Assembly: GCA_964057225.1 (NCBI GenBank)
Contig: OZ059896.1
Span: forward strand, 1,860,001 to 1,924,000
Direction: 5' to 3'
Source: Auanema rhodensis
Taxonomy: Eukaryota; Animalia; Nematoda
Length of the DNA: 64,000 nucleotides
Shown piece after piece: positions 24,915 through 39,400 of this stretch; positions within the stretch are counted from its first letter, which is position 1, and the number at the start of each line of letters is the position of its first letter. The notes beneath the pieces are model-generated. The model saw only the letters and a program-made list of their open reading frames with translations, did no database searches and had not been told where the DNA came from. Position numbers and translations under genes: made by a program.

Positions 24915-27722
24915 ATATCAACTGATATAGGTTCACACTTATATCCTCGATTTTCACCGTGAAGAATTAATTTTTTTGTTGAATAACAATGTCCATCGTC
25001 TTTGTCTTGAAAAAAGGAATCTAAAAACATCTACTTTTTGTGAAATTATTTTGAAATTTTTCGTGAAAATTTTTGTCAAAATGTTTTTGGAAGCATTGTT
25101 GAGTGTACATGGAAACTCAACATACACTAATGCATCATTTTTCAAACGATCATAACTAATTTTTGTATTGAGCGTTTCTCCATGTAGTATAGTGCATTCG
25201 ATGCGAATTTTTAAGCTGCGTCGATCTGTGTTATCAGATTTGCGCTAGCTTGAAAATGCACCGAGATATCAACTGATATAGGTTCACACTTATATCCTCG
25301 ATTTTCACCGTGAAGAATTAATTTTTTTGTTGAATAACAATGTCCATCGTCTTTGTCTTGAAAAAAGGAATCTAAAAACATCTACTTTTTGTGAAATTAT
25401 TTTGAAATTTTTCGGGAAAATTTTTGTCAAAATGTTTTTGGAAGCATTGTTGAGTGTACATGGAAACTCAACATACACTAATGCATCATTTTTCAAACGA
25501 TCATAACTAATTTTTGTATTGAGCGTTTCTCCATGTAGTATAGTGCATTCGATGCGGATTTTTAAGCTGCGTCGATCTGTGTTATCAGATTTGCGCTAGC
25601 TTGAAAATGCACCGAGATATCAACTGATATAGGTTCACACTTATATCCTCGATTTTCACCCTGAAGATTTAATTTTTTCGTTGAATAACATTGTCCATCG
25701 TCTTTGTCTTGAAAAAAGGAATCTAAAAACATCTACTTTTTGTGAAATTATTTTGAAATTTTTCGGGAAAATTTTTGTCAAAATGTTTTTGGAAGCATTG
25801 TTGAGTGTACATGAAAACTCAACATACACTAATGCATCATTTTTCAAACGATCATAACTAATTTTTGTATTGAGCGTTTCTCCATGTAGTATAGTGCATT
25901 CGATGCGGATTTTTAAGCTGCGTCGATCTGTGTTATCAGATTTGCGCTAGCTTAAAAATGCACCGAGATATCAACTGATATAAGTTCACACTTATATCCT
26001 CGATTTTCACCCTGAAGAATTAATTTTTTTGTTGAATAACAATGTCCATCGTCTTTGTCTTGAAAAAAGGAATCTAAAAACATCTACTTTTTGTGAAATT
26101 ATTTTGAAATTTTTCGGGAAAATTTTTGTCAAAATGTTTTTGGAAGCAATGTTGAGTGTACATGGAAACTCAACATACACTAATGCATCATTTTTCAAAC
26201 GATCATAACTAATTTTTGTATTGAGCGTTTCTCCATGTAGTATAGTGCATTCGATGCGGATTTTTAAGCTGCGTCGATCTGTGTTATCAGATTTGCGCTA
26301 GCTTGAAAATGAACCGAGATATCAACTGATATAGGTTCACACTTATATCCTCGATTTTCACCGTGAAGAATTAATTTTTTTGTTGAATAACAATGTCCAT
26401 CGTCTTTGTCTTGAAAAAAGGAATCTAAAAACATCTACTTTTTGTGAAATTATTTTGAAATTTTTCGTGAAAATTTTTGTCAAAATGTTTTTGGAAGCAT
26501 TGTTGAGTGTACATGGAAACTCAACATACACTAATGCATCATTTTTCAAACGATCATAACTAATTTTTGTATTGAGCGTTTCTCCATGTAGTATAGTGCA
26601 TTCGATGCGAATTTTTAAGCTGCGTCGATCTGTGTTATCAGATTTGCGCTAGCTTGAAAATGCACCGAGATATCAACTGATATAGGTTCACACTTATATC
26701 CTCGATTTTCACCGTGAAGAATTAATTTTTTTGTTGAATAACAATGTCCATCGTCTTTGTCTTGAAAAAAGGAATCTAAAAACATCTACTTTTTGTGAAA
26801 TTATTTTGAAATTTTTCGGGAAAATTTTTGTCAAAATGTTTTTGGAAGCATTGTTGAGTGTACATGGAAACTCAACATACACTAATGCATCATTTTTCAA
26901 ACGATCATAACTAATTTTTGTATTGAGTGTTTCCCAATGTAGTATAGTGCATTCGATGCGGATTTTTAAGCTGCGTCGATCTGTGTTATCAGATTTGCGC
27001 TAGCTTGAAAATGCACCGAGATATCAACTGATATAGGTTCACACTTATATCCTCGATTTTCACCCTGAAGATTTAATTTTTTCGTTGAATAACATTGTCC
27101 ATCGTCTTTGTCTTGAAAAAAGGAATCTAAAAACATCTACTTTTTGTAAATTTATTCTGAAATTTTTCGGGAAAATTTTTGTCAAAATGTTTTTGGAAGC
27201 ATTGTTGAGTGTACATGAAAACTCAACATACACTAATGCATCATTTTTCAAACGATCATAACTAATTTTTGTATTGAGCGTTTCTCCATGTAGTATAGTG
27301 CATTCGATGCGGATTTTTAAGCTGCGTCGATCTGTGTTATCAGATTTGCGCTAGCTTGAAAATGCACCGAGATATCAACTGATATAAGTTCACACTTATA
27401 TCCTCGATTTTCACCCTGAAGAATTAATTTTTTTGTTGAATAACAATGTCCATCGTCTTTGTCTTGAAAAAAGGAATCTAAAAACATCTACTTTTTGTGA
27501 AATTATTTTGAAATTTTTCGGGAAAATTTTTGTCAAAATGTTTTTGGAAGCAATGTTGAGTGTACATGGAAACTCAACATACACTAATGCATCATTTTTC
27601 AAACGATCATAACTAATTTTTGTATTGAGTGTTTCCCAATGTAGTATAGTGCATTCGATGCGGATTTTTAAGCTGCGTCGATCTGTGTTATCAGATTTGC
27701 GCTAGCTTGAAAATGCACCGAG
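24915..27722. repeat. Tandem duplication of a 4-monomer unit (1404 bp), second copy modified
   Basis: Private GCGAATTT variant at 25206 and 26610; same haplotype order with patch differences. Confidence 0.82.
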
Positions 27723-29126
27723 ATATCAACTGATATAGGTTCACACTTATATCCTCGATTTTCACCGTGAAGAATTAATTTTTTCGTTGAATAACAATGT
27801 CCATCGTCTTTGTCTTGAAAAAAGGAATCTAAAAACATCTACTTTTTGTAAATTTATTCTGAAATTTTTCGGGAAAATGTTTGTCAAAATGTTTTTGGAA
27901 GCAATGTTGAGTGTACATGGAAACTCAACATACACTAATGCATCATTTTTCAAACAATCATAACTAATTTTTGTATTGAGTGTTTCCCAATGTAGTATAG
28001 TGCATTCGATGCGGATTTTTAAGCTGCGTCGATCTGTGTTATCAGATTTGCGCTAGCTTGAAAATGCACCGAGATATCAACTGATATAGGTTCACACTTA
28101 TATCCTCGATTTTCACCCTGAAGATTTAATTTTTTCGTTGAATAACATTGTCCATCGTCTTTGTCTTGAAAAAAGGAATCTAAAAACATCTACTTTTTGT
28201 GAAATTATTTTGAAATTTTTCGTGAAAATTTTTGTCAAAATGTTTTTGGAAGCATTGTTGAGTGTACATGGAAACTCAACATACACTAATGCATCATTTT
28301 TCAAACGATCATAACTAATTTTTGTATTGAGCGTTTCTCCATGTAGTATAGTGCATTCGATGCGGATTTTTAAGCTGCGTCGATCTGTGTTATCAGATTT
28401 GCGCTAGCTTGAAAATGCACCGAGATATCAACTGATATAGGTTCACACTTATATCCTCGATTTTCACCGTGAAGAATTAATTTTTTTGTTGAATAACAAT
28501 GTCCATCGTCTTTGTCTTGAAAAAAGGAATCTAAAAACATCTACTTTTTGTGAAATTATTTCGAAATTTTTCGGGAAAATGTTTGTCAAAATGTTTTTGG
28601 AAGCAATGTTGAGTGTACATGGAAACTCAACATACACTAATGCATCATTTTTCAAACGATCATAACTAATTTTTGTATTGAGTGTTTCCCAATGTAGTAT
28701 AGTGCATTCGATGCGGATTTTTAAGCTGCGTCGATCTGTGTTATCAGATTTGCGCTAGCTTGAAAATGCACCGAGATATCAACTGATATAGGTTCACACT
28801 TATATCCTCGATTTTCACCGTGAAGAATTAATTTTTTCGTTGAATAACAATGTCCATCGTCTTTGTCTTGAAAAAAGGAATCTAAAAACATCTACTTTTT
28901 GTAAATTTATTCTGAAATTTTTCGGGAAAATGTTTGTCAAAATGTTTTTGGAAGCAATGTTGAGTGTACATGGAAACTCAACATACACTAATGCATCATT
29001 TTTCAAACAATCATAACTAATTTTTGTATTGAGTGTTTCCCAATGTAGTATAGTGCATTCGATGCGGATTTTTAAGCTGCGTCGATCTGTGTTATCAGAT
29101 TTGCGCTAGCTTGAAAATGCACCGAG

Positions 29127-32100
29127 ATATCAACTGATATAGGTTCACACTTATATCCTCGATTTTCACCCTGAAGATTTAATTTTTTCGTTGAATAACA
29201 TTGTCCATCGTCTTTGTCTTGAAAAAAGGAATCTAAAAACATCTACTTTTTGTGAAATTATTTTGAAATTTTTCGTGAAAATTTTTGTCAAAATGTTTTT
29301 GGAAGCATTGTTGAGTGTACATGGAAACTCAACATACACTAATGCATCATTTTTCAAACGATCATAACTAATTTTTGTATTGAGCGTTTCTCCATGTAGT
29401 ATAGTGCATTCGATGCGGATTTTTAAGCTGCGTCGATCTGTGTTATCAGATTTGCGCTAGCTTGAAAATGCACCGAGATATCAACTGATATAGGTTCACA
29501 CTTATATCCTCGATTTTCACCGTGAAGAATTAATTTTTTTGTTGAATAACAATGTCCATCGTCTTTGTCTTGAAAAAAGGAATCTAAAAACATCTACTTT
29601 TTGTGAAATTATTTTGAAATTTTTCGGGAAAATTTTTGTCAAAATGTTTTTGGAAGCATTGTTGAGTGTACATGGAAACTCAACATACACTAATGCATCA
29701 TTTTTCAAACGATCATAACTAATTTTTGTATTGAGCGTTTCTCCATGTAGTATAGTGCATTCGATGCGGATTTTTAAGCTGCGTCGATCTGTGTTATCAG
29801 ATTTGCGCTAGCTTGAAAATGCACCGAGATATCAACTGATATAGGTTCACACTTATATCCTCGATTTTCACCCTGAAGATTTAATTTTTTCGTTGAATAA
29901 CATTGTCCATCGTCTTTGTCTCGAAAAAAGGAATCTAAAAACATCTACTTTTTGTGAAATTATTTCGAAATTTTTCGGGAAAATTTTTGTCAAAATGTTT
30001 TTGGAAGCATTGTTGAGTGTACATGGAAACTCAACATACACTAATGCATCATTTTTCAAACGATCATAACTAATTTTTGTATTGAGCGTTTCTCCATGTA
30101 GTATAGTGCATTCGATGCGGATTTTTAAGCTGCGTCGATCTGTGTTATCAGATTTGCGCTAGCTTGAAAATGCACCGAGATATCAACTGATATAGGTTCA
30201 CACTTATATCCTCGATTTTCACCGTGAAGAATTAATTTTTTTGTTGAATAACAATGTCCATCGTCTTTGTCTTGAAAAAAGGAATCTAAAAACATCTACT
30301 TTTTGTGAAATTATTTTGAAATTTTTCGGGAAAATTTTTGTCAAAATGTTTTTGGAAGCATTGTTGAGTGTACATGGAAACTCAACATACACTAATGCAT
30401 CATTTTTCAAACGATCATAACTAATTTTTGTATTGAGCGTTTCTCCATGTAGTATAGTGCATTCGATGCGGATTTTTAAGCTGCGTCGATCTGTGTTATC
30501 AGATTTGCGCTAGCTTGAAAATGCACCGAGATATCAACTGATATAGGTTCACACTTATATCCTCGATTTTCACCCTGAAGATTTAATTTTTTCGTTGAAT
30601 AACATTGTCCATCGTCTTTGTCTCGAAAAAAGGAATCTAAAAACATCTACTTTTTGTGAAATTATTTCGAAATTTTTCGGGAAAATTTTTGTCAAAATGT
30701 TTTTGGAAGCATTGTTGAGTGTACATGGAAACTCAACATACACTAATGCATCATTTTTCAAACGATCATAACTAATTTTTGTATTGAGCGTTTCTCCATG
30801 TAGTATAGTGCATTCGATGCGGATTTTTAAGCTGCGTCGATCTGTGTTATCAGATTTGCGCTAGCTTGAAAATGAACCGAGATATCAACTGATATAGGTT
30901 CACACTTATATCCTCGATTTTCACCGTGAAGAATTAATTTTTTTGTTGAATAACAATGTCCATCGTCTTTGTCTTGAAAAAAGGAATCTAAAAACATCTA
31001 CTTTTGTGAAATTATTTTGAAATTTTTCGTGAAAATTTTTGTCAAAATGTTTTTGGAAGCATTGTTGAGTGTACATGGAAACTCAACATACACTAATGCA
31101 TCATTTTTCAAACGATCATAACTAATTTTTGTATTGAGCGTTTCTCCATGTAGTATAGTGCATTCGATGCGGATTTTTAAGCTGCGTCGATCTGTGTTAT
31201 CAGATTTGCGCTAGCTTGAAAATGCACCGAGATATCAACTGATATAGGTTCACACTTATATCCTCGATTTTCACCGTGAAGAATTAATTTTTTTGTTGAA
31301 TAACAATGTCCATCGTCTTTGTCTTGAAAAAAGGAATCTAAAAACATCTACTTTTTGTGAAATTATTTTGAAATTTTTCGTGAAAATTTTTGTCAAAATG
31401 TTTTTGGAAGCATTGTTGAGTGTACATGGAAACTCAACATACACTAATGCATCATTTTTCAAACGATCATAACTAATTTTTGTATTGAGCGTTTCTCCAT
31501 GTAGTATAGTGCATTCGATGCGGATTTTTAAGCTGCGTCGATCTCTGTTATCAGATTTGCGCTAGCTTGAAAATGCACCGAGATATCAACTGATATAGGT
31601 TCACACTTATATCCTCGATTTTCACCGTGAAGAATTAATTTTTTTGTTGAATAACAATGTCCATCGTCTTTGTCTTGAAAAAAGGAATCTAAAAACATCT
31701 ACTTTTTGTGAAATTATTTTGAAATTTTTCGGGAAAATTTTTGTCAAAATGTTTTTGGAAGCATTGTTGAGTGTACATGGAAACTCAACATACACTAATG
31801 CATCATTTTTCAAACGATCATAACTAATTTTTGTATTGAGCGTTTCTCCATGTAGTATAGTGCATTCGATGCGGATTTTTAAGCTGCGTCGATCTGTGTT
31901 ATCAGATTTGCGCTAGCTTGAAAATGCACCGAGATATCAACTGATATAGGTTCACACTTATATCCTCGATTTTCACCGTGAAGAATTAATTTTTTTGTTG
32001 AATAACAATGTCCATCGTCTTTGTCTTGAAAAAAGGAATCTAAAAACATCTACTTTTTGTGAAATTATTTTGAAATTTTTCGGGAAAATTTTTGTCAAAA

Positions 32101-35100
32101 TGTTTTTGGAAGCATTGTTGAGTGTACATGGAAACTCAACATACACTAATGCATCATTTTTCAAACGATCATAACTAATTTTTGTATTGAGCGTTTCTCC
32201 ATGTAGTATAGTGCATTCGATGCGGATTTTTAAGCTGCGTCGATCTGTGTTATCAGATTTGCGCTAGCTTGAAAATGCACCGAGATATCAACTGATATAG
32301 GTTCACACTTATATCCTCGATTTTCACCCTGAAGATTTAATTTTTTCGTTGAATAACATTGTCCATCGTCTTTGTCTTGAAAAAAGGAATCTAAAAACAT
32401 CTACTTTTTGTGAAATTATTTTGAAATTTTTCGGGAAAATTTTTGTCAAAATGTTTTTGGAAGCATTGTTGAGTGTACATGGAAACTCAACATACACTAA
32501 TGCATCATTTTTCAAACGATCATAACTAATTTTTGTATTGAGTGTTTCCCAATGTAGTATAGTGCATTCGATGCGGATTTTTAAGCTGCGTCGATCTGTG
32601 TTATCAGATTTGCGCTAGCTTGAAAATGCACCGAGATATCAACTGATATAGGTTCACACTTATATCCTCGATTTTCACCCTGAAGATTTAATTTTTTCGT
32701 TGAATAACATTGTCCATCGTCTTTGTCTTGAAAAAAGGAATCTAAAAACATCTACTTTTTGTGAAATTATTTTGAAATTTTTCGTGAAAATTTTTGTCAA
32801 AATGTTTTTGGAAGCATTGTTGAGTGTACATGGAAACTCAACATACACTAATGCATCATTTTTCAAACGATCATAACTAATTTTTGTATTGAGCGTTTCT
32901 CCATGTAGTATAGTGCATTCGATGCGGATTTTTAAGCTGCGTCGATCTGTGTTATCAGATTTGCGCTAGCTTGAAAATGCACCGAGATATCAACTGATAT
33001 AGGTTCACACTTATATCCTCGATTTTCACCCTGAAGATTTAATTTTTTTGTTGAATAACAATGTCCATCGTCTTTGTCTTGAAAAAAGGAATCTAAAAAC
33101 ATCTACTTTTTGTGAAATTATTTTGAAATTTTTCGGGAAAATTTTTGTCAAAATGTTTTTGGAAGCATTGTTGAGTGTACATGGAAACTCAACATACACT
33201 AATGCATCATTTTTCAAACGATCATAACTAATTTTTGTATTGAGCGTTTCTCCATGTAGTATAGTGCATTCGATGCGGATTTTTAAGCTGCGTCGATCTG
33301 TGTTATCAGATTTGCGCTAGCTTGAAAATGCACCGAGATATCAACTGATATAGGTTCACACTTATATCCTCGATTTTCACCCTGAAGATTTAATTTTTTT
33401 GTTGAATAACAATGTCCATCGTCTTTGTCTTGAAAAAAGGAATCTAAAAACATCTACTTTTTGTGAAATTATTTTGAAATTTTTCGGGAAAATTTTTGTC
33501 AAAATGTTTTTGGAAGCATTGTTGAGTGTACATGGAAACTCAACATACACTAATGCATCATTTTTCAAACGATCATAACTAATTTTTGTATTGAGCGTTT
33601 CTCCATGTAGTATAGTGCATTCGATGCGGATTTTTAAGCTGCGTCGATCTGTGTTATCAGATTTGCGCTAGCTTGAAAATGCACCGAGATATCAACTGAT
33701 ATAGGTTCACACTTATATCCTCGATTTTCACCCTGAAGATTTAATTTTTTCGTTGAATAACATTGTCCATCGTCTTTGTCTTGAAAAAAGGAATCTAAAA
33801 ACATCTACTTTTTGTGAAATTATTTTGAAATTTTTCGGGAAAATTTTTGTCAAAATGTTTTTGGAAGCATTGTTGAGTGTACATGGAAACTCAACATACA
33901 CTAATGCATCATTTTTCAAACGATCATAACTAATTTTTGTATTGAGTGTTTCCCAATGTAGTATAGTGCATTCGATGCGGATTTTTAAGCTGCGTCGATC
34001 TGTGTTATCAGATTTGCGCTAGCTTGAAAATGCACCGAGATATCAACTGATATAGGTTCACACTTATATCCTCGATTTTCACCCTGAAGATTTAATTTTT
34101 TCGTTGAATAACATTGTCCATCGTCTTTGTCTTGAAAAAAGGAATCTAAAAACATCTACTTTTTGTGAAATTATTTTGAAATTTTTCGTGAAAATTTTTG
34201 TCAAAATGTTTTTGGAAGCATTGTTGAGTGTACATGGAAACTCAACATACACTAATGCATCATTTTTCAAACGATCATAACTAATTTTTGTATTGAGCGT
34301 TTCTCCATGTAGTATAGTGCATTCGATGCGGATTTTTAAGCTGCGTCGATCTGTGTTATCAGATTTGCGCTAGCTTGAAAATGCACCGAGATATCAACTG
34401 ATATAGGTTCACACTTATATCCTCGATTTTCACCGTGAAGAATTAATTTTTTTGTTGAATAACAATGTCCATCGTCTTTGTCTTGAAAAAAGGAATCTAA
34501 AAACATCTACTTTTTGTGAAATTATTTTGAAATTTTTCGGGAAAATTTTTGTCAAAATGTTTTTGGAAGCATTGTTGAGTGTACATGGAAACTCAACATA
34601 CACTAATGCATCATTTTTCAAACGATCATAACTAATTTTTGTATTGAGCGTTTCTCCATGTAGTATAGTGCATTCGATGCGGATTTTTAAGCTGCGTCGA
34701 TCTGTGTTATCAGATTTGCGCTAGCTTGAAAATGCACCGAGATATCAACTGATATAGGTTCACACTTATATCCTCGATTTTCACCCTGAAGATTTAATTT
34801 TTTCGTTGAATAACATTGTCCATCGTCTTTGTCTCGAAAAAAGGAATCTAAAAACATCTACTTTTTGTGAAATTATTTCGAAATTTTTCGGGAAAATTTT
34901 TGTCAAAATGTTTTTGGAAGCATTGTTGAGTGTACATGGAAACTCAACATACACTAATGCATCATTTTTCAAACGATCATAACTAATTTTTGTATTGAGC
35001 GTTTCTCCATGTAGTATAGTGCATTCGATGCGGATTTTTAAGCTGCGTCGATCTGTGTTATCAGATTTGCGCTAGCTTGAAAATGCACCGAGATATCAAC

Positions 35101-36495
35101 TGATATAGGTTCACACTTATATCCTCGATTTTCACCGTGAAGAATTAATTTTTTTGTTGAATAACAATGTCCATCGTCTTTGTCTTGAAAAAAGGAATCT
35201 AAAAACATCTACTTTTTGTGAAATTATTTTGAAATTTTTCGGGAAAATTTTTGTCAAAATGTTTTTGGAAGCATTGTTGAGTGTACATGGAAACTCAACA
35301 TACACTAATGCATCATTTTTCAAACGATCATAACTAATTTTTGTATTGAGCGTTTCTCCATGTAGTATAGTGCATTCGATGCGGATTTTTAAGCTGCGTC
35401 GATCTGTGTTATCAGATTTGCGCTAGCTTGAAAATGCACCGAGATATCAACTGATATAGGTTCACACTTATATCCTCGATTTTCACCCTGAAGATTTAAT
35501 TTTTTCGTTGAATAACATTGTCCATCGTCTTTGTCTCGAAAAAAGGAATCTAAAAACATCTACTTTTTGTGAAATTATTTCGAAATTTTTCGGGAAAATT
35601 TTTGTCAAAATGTTTTTGGAAGCATTGTTGAGTGTACATGGAAACTCAACATACACTAATGCATCATTTTTCAAACGATCATAACTAATTTTTGTATTGA
35701 GCGTTTCTCCATGTAGTATAGTGCATTCGATGCGGATTTTTAAGCTGCGTCGATCTGTGTTATCAGATTTGCGCTAGCTTGAAAATGAACCGAGATATCA
35801 ACTGATATAGGTTCACACTTATATCCTCGATTTTCACCGTGAAGAATTAATTTTTTTGTTGAATAACAATGTCCATCGTCTTTGTCTTGAAAAAAGGAAT
35901 CTAAAAACATCTACTTTTGTGAAATTATTTTGAAATTTTTCGTGAAAATTTTTGTCAAAATGTTTTTGGAAGCATTGTTGAGTGTACATGGAAACTCAAC
36001 ATACACTAATGCATCATTTTTCAAACGATCATAACTAATTTTTGTATTGAGCGTTTCTCCATGTAGTATAGTGCATTCGATGCGGATTTTTAAGCTGCGT
36101 CGATCTGTGTTATCAGATTTGCGCTAGCTTGAAAATGCACCGAGATATCAACTGATATAGGTTCACACTTATATCCTCGATTTTCACCGTGAAGAATTAA
36201 TTTTTTTGTTGAATAACAATGTCCATCGTCTTTGTCTTGAAAAAAGGAATCTAAAAACATCTACTTTTTGTGAAATTATTTTGAAATTTTTCGTGAAAAT
36301 TTTTGTCAAAATGTTTTTGGAAGCATTGTTGAGTGTACATGGAAACTCAACATACACTAATGCATCATTTTTCAAACGATCATAACTAATTTTTGTATTG
36401 AGCGTTTCTCCATGTAGTATAGTGCATTCGATGCGGATTTTTAAGCTGCGTCGATCTCTGTTATCAGATTTGCGCTAGCTTGAAAATGCACCGAG
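29127..36495. repeat. 7-monomer block present twice at a 14-monomer offset (29127-31582 and 34040-36495)
   Basis: Shared T-run deletion (near 31002 and 35915; offset 4913), GTCTCGAAA variants and an ATCTCTGTT variant in the same order. Confidence 0.88.
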
Positions 36496-39400
36496 ATATC
36501 AACTGATATAGGTTCACACTTATATCCTCGATTTTCACCGTGAAGAATTAATTTTTTTGTTGAATAACAATGTCCATCGTCTTTGTCTTGAAAAAAGGAA
36601 TCTAAAAACATCTACTTTTTGTGAAATTATTTCGAAATTTTTCGGGAAAATGTTTGTCAAAATGTTTTTGGAAGCAATGTTGAGTGTACATGGAAACTCA
36701 ACATACACTAATGCATCATTTTTCAAACGATCATAACTAATTTTTGTATTGAGTGTTTCCCAATGTAGTATAGTGCATTCGATGCGGATTTTTAAGCTGC
36801 GTCGATCTGTGTTATCAGATTTGCGCTAGCTTGAAAATGCACCGAGATATCAACTGATATAGGTTCACACTTATATCCTCGATTTTCACCGTGAAGAATT
36901 AATTTTTTCGTTGAATAACAATGTCCATCGTCTTTGTCTTGAAAAAAGGAATCTAAAAACATCTACTTTTTGTAAATTTATTCTGAAATTTTTCGGGAAA
37001 ATGTTTGTCAAAATGTTTTTGGAAGCAATGTTGAGTGTACATGGAAACTCAACATACACTAATGCATCATTTTTCAAACAATCATAACTAATTTTTGTAT
37101 TGAGTGTTTCCCAATGTAGTATAGTGCATTCGATGCGGATTTTTAAGCTGCGTCGATCTGTGTTATCAGATTTGCGCTAGCTTGAAAATGCACCGAGATA
37201 TCAACTGATATAGGTTCACACTTATATCCTCGATTTTCACCCTGAAGATTTAATTTTTTCGTTGAATAACATTGTCCATCGTCTTTGTCTTGAAAAAAGG
37301 AATCTAAAAACATCTACTTTTTGTGAAATTATTTTGAAATTTTTCGTGAAAATTTTTGTCAAAATGTTTTTGGAAGCATTGTTGAGTGTACATGGAAACT
37401 CAACATACACTAATGCATCATTTTTCAAACGATCATAACTAATTTTTGTATTGAGCGTTTCTCCATGTAGTATAGTGCATTCGATGCGGATTTTTAAGCT
37501 GCGTCGATCTGTGTTATCAGATTTGCGCTAGCTTGAAAATGCACCGAGATATCAACTGATATAGGTTCACACTTATATCCTCGATTTTCACCGTGAAGAA
37601 TTAATTTTTTTGTTGAATAACAATGTCCATCGTCTTTGTCTTGAAAAAAGGAATCTAAAAACATCTACTTTTTGTGAAATTATTTTGAAATTTTTCGTGA
37701 AAATTTTTGTCAAAATGTTTTTGGAAGCATTGTTGAGTGTACATGGAAACTCAACATACACTAATGCATCATTTTTCAAACGATCATAACTAATTTTTGT
37801 ATTGAGCGTTTCTCCATGTAGTATAGTGCATTCGATGCGGATTTTTAAGCTGCGTCGATCTCTGTTATCAGATTTGCGCTAGCTTGAAAATGCACCGAGA
37901 TATCAACTGATATAGGTTCACACTTATATCCTCGATTTTCACCGTGAAGAATTAATTTTTTTGTTGAATAACAATGTCCATCGTCTTTGTCTTGAAAAAA
38001 GGAATCTAAAAACATCTACTTTTTGTGAAATTATTTTGAAATTTTTCGGGAAAATTTTTGTCAAAATGTTTTTGGAAGCATTGTTGAGTGTACATGGAAA
38101 CTCAACATACACTAATGCATCATTTTTCAAACGATCATAACTAATTTTTGTATTGAGCGTTTCTCCATGTAGTATAGTGCATTCGATGCGGATTTTTAAG
38201 CTGCGTCGATCTGTGTTATCAGATTTGCGCTAGCTTGAAAATGCACCGAGATATCAACTGATATAGGTTCACACTTATATCCTCGATTTTCACCGTGAAG
38301 AATTAATTTTTTTGTTGAATAACAATGTCCATCGTCTTTGTCTTGAAAAAAGGAATCTAAAAACATCTACTTTTTGTGAAATTATTTTGAAATTTTTCGG
38401 GAAAATTTTTGTCAAAATGTTTTTGGAAGCATTGTTGAGTGTACATGGAAACTCAACATACACTAATGCATCATTTTTCAAACGATCATAACTAATTTTT
38501 GTATTGAGCGTTTCTCCATGTAGTATAGTGCATTCGATGCGGATTTTTAAGCTGCGTCGATCTGTGTTATCAGATTTGCGCTAGCTTGAAAATGCACCGA
38601 GATATCAACTGATATAGGTTCACACTTATATCCTCGATTTTCACCCTGAAGATTTAATTTTTTCGTTGAATAACATTGTCCATCGTCTTTGTCTTGAAAA
38701 AAGGAATCTAAAAACATCTACTTTTTGTGAAATTATTTTGAAATTTTTCGGGAAAATTTTTGTCAAAATGTTTTTGGAAGCATTGTTGAGTGTACATGGA
38801 AACTCAACATACACTAATGCATCATTTTTCAAACGATCAAAACTAATTTTTGTATTGAGCGTTTCTCCATGTAGTATAGTGCATTCGATGCGGATTTTTA
38901 AGCTGCGTCGATCTGTGTTATCAGATTTGCGCTAGCTTGAAAATGAACCGAGATATCAACTGATATAGGTTCACACTTATATCCTCGATTTTCACCGTGA
39001 AGAATTAATTTTTTTGTTGAATAACAATGTCCATCGTCTTTGTCTTGAAAAAAGGAATCTAAAAACATCTACTTTTTGTGAAATTATTTTGAAATTTTTC
39101 GTGAAAATTTTTGTCAAAATGTTTTTGGAAGCATTGTTGAGTGTACATGGAAACTCAACATACACTAATGCATCATTTTTCAAACGATCATAACTAATTT
39201 TTGTATTGAGCGTTTCTCCATGTAGTATAGTGCATTCGATGCGGATTTTTAAGCTGCGTCGATCTGTGTTATCAGATTTGCGCTAGCTTGAAAATGCACC
39301 GAGATATCAACTGATATAGGTTCACACTTATATCCTCGATTTTCACCGTGAAGAATTAATTTTTTTGTTGAATAACAATGTCCATCGTCTTTGTCTTAAA

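Noticed and set aside
38666-38935. Unique 89-aa plus-strand ORF
   Set aside because: It is produced by a single private T>A at 38840 that removes a TAA, has a TTG start, and is otherwise ordinary monomer sequence.
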